From: a phage
Direction: 5' to 3' (one strand)
Sequence record: NC_094493.1
Length of the DNA stretch: 64,000 nucleotides
Positions 63,927-64,000 of the stretch are shown here, in pieces. The position numbers and the translations under genes are program-made. Position 1 is the first letter of the stretch, and each line of letters opens with the position of its first letter. The notes beneath the pieces were generated by a model. That model saw only the letters and a list, made by a program, of their open reading frames with translations. It ran no database searches and had not been told where the DNA came from.

Positions 63927-64000
63927 AGCATTTTGCCTGAATGCATCGGTTATGCCAATGCATGCCTTGCTCTCAAGACTGGTATATCCGATATCTTTTA

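Noticed and set aside
1-64000. Prophage or mobile-element boundaries (integrase, transposase, att sites)
   Set aside because: No integrase, recombinase or transposase motifs were seen in any ORF; gene content and promoter architecture fit a virulent phage, so no mobile element is called.

Overview
This 64-kb window reads as a contiguous stretch of a virulent tailed dsDNA phage genome, probably of a Gram-negative host (inference from sigma70-type promoters, AGGAG ribosome-binding sites and an E. coli-type SSB C-terminal tail); no integrase, transposase, CRISPR array, tRNA or rRNA was found. All calls rest on motifs read by eye; no database search was run. Layout: (1) 1-8.6 kb, plus strand: structural genes, including a tail-fibre-like protein and a 1875-aa protein with an Ig-like domain. 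(2) 8.7-15.6 kb, minus strand: small genes plus a vWA/HExxH-metallopeptidase protein and a HAD-like phosphatase. (3) 15.7-41.8 kb, plus strand: replication and DNA-modification module with a MoxR-like AAA+ ATPase, a secreted SleB-like cell-wall hydrolase, rIIA-like (GHKL) and possible rIIB genes, a Pif1/Dda-like helicase, an N6A/N4C methyltransferase, a C5-methyltransferase-like protein, a TOPRIM+DnaB-like primase-helicase, a T7-like family A DNA polymerase, an SSB-like protein and a macro-domain protein. (4) 41.8-42.8 kb: non-coding iteron-like repeats. (5) 42.8-52.8 kb, plus strand: about 28 small genes, most with their own consensus sigma70 promoter and a 5'-UTR stem-loop. (6) 52.85-55.3 kb: a 2.4-kb non-coding convergent zone rich in palindromes. 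(7) 55.3-64 kb, minus strand: a block of small, mostly acidic proteins. Highlights: the DNA polymerase is interrupted exactly in motif C by a 276-nt ORF-less group I intron (P/Q/R/S elements visible); the minus-strand block encodes a ribosome hibernation promoting factor (HPF/RaiA) homologue; a MoxR ATPase and its vWA partner sit on opposite strands; and a 45-bp palindrome-bearing promoter element recurs at least three times. Many ORF-track starts are TTG/GTG, so I re-set several to the nearest ATG with an RBS; remaining start coordinates are approximate.
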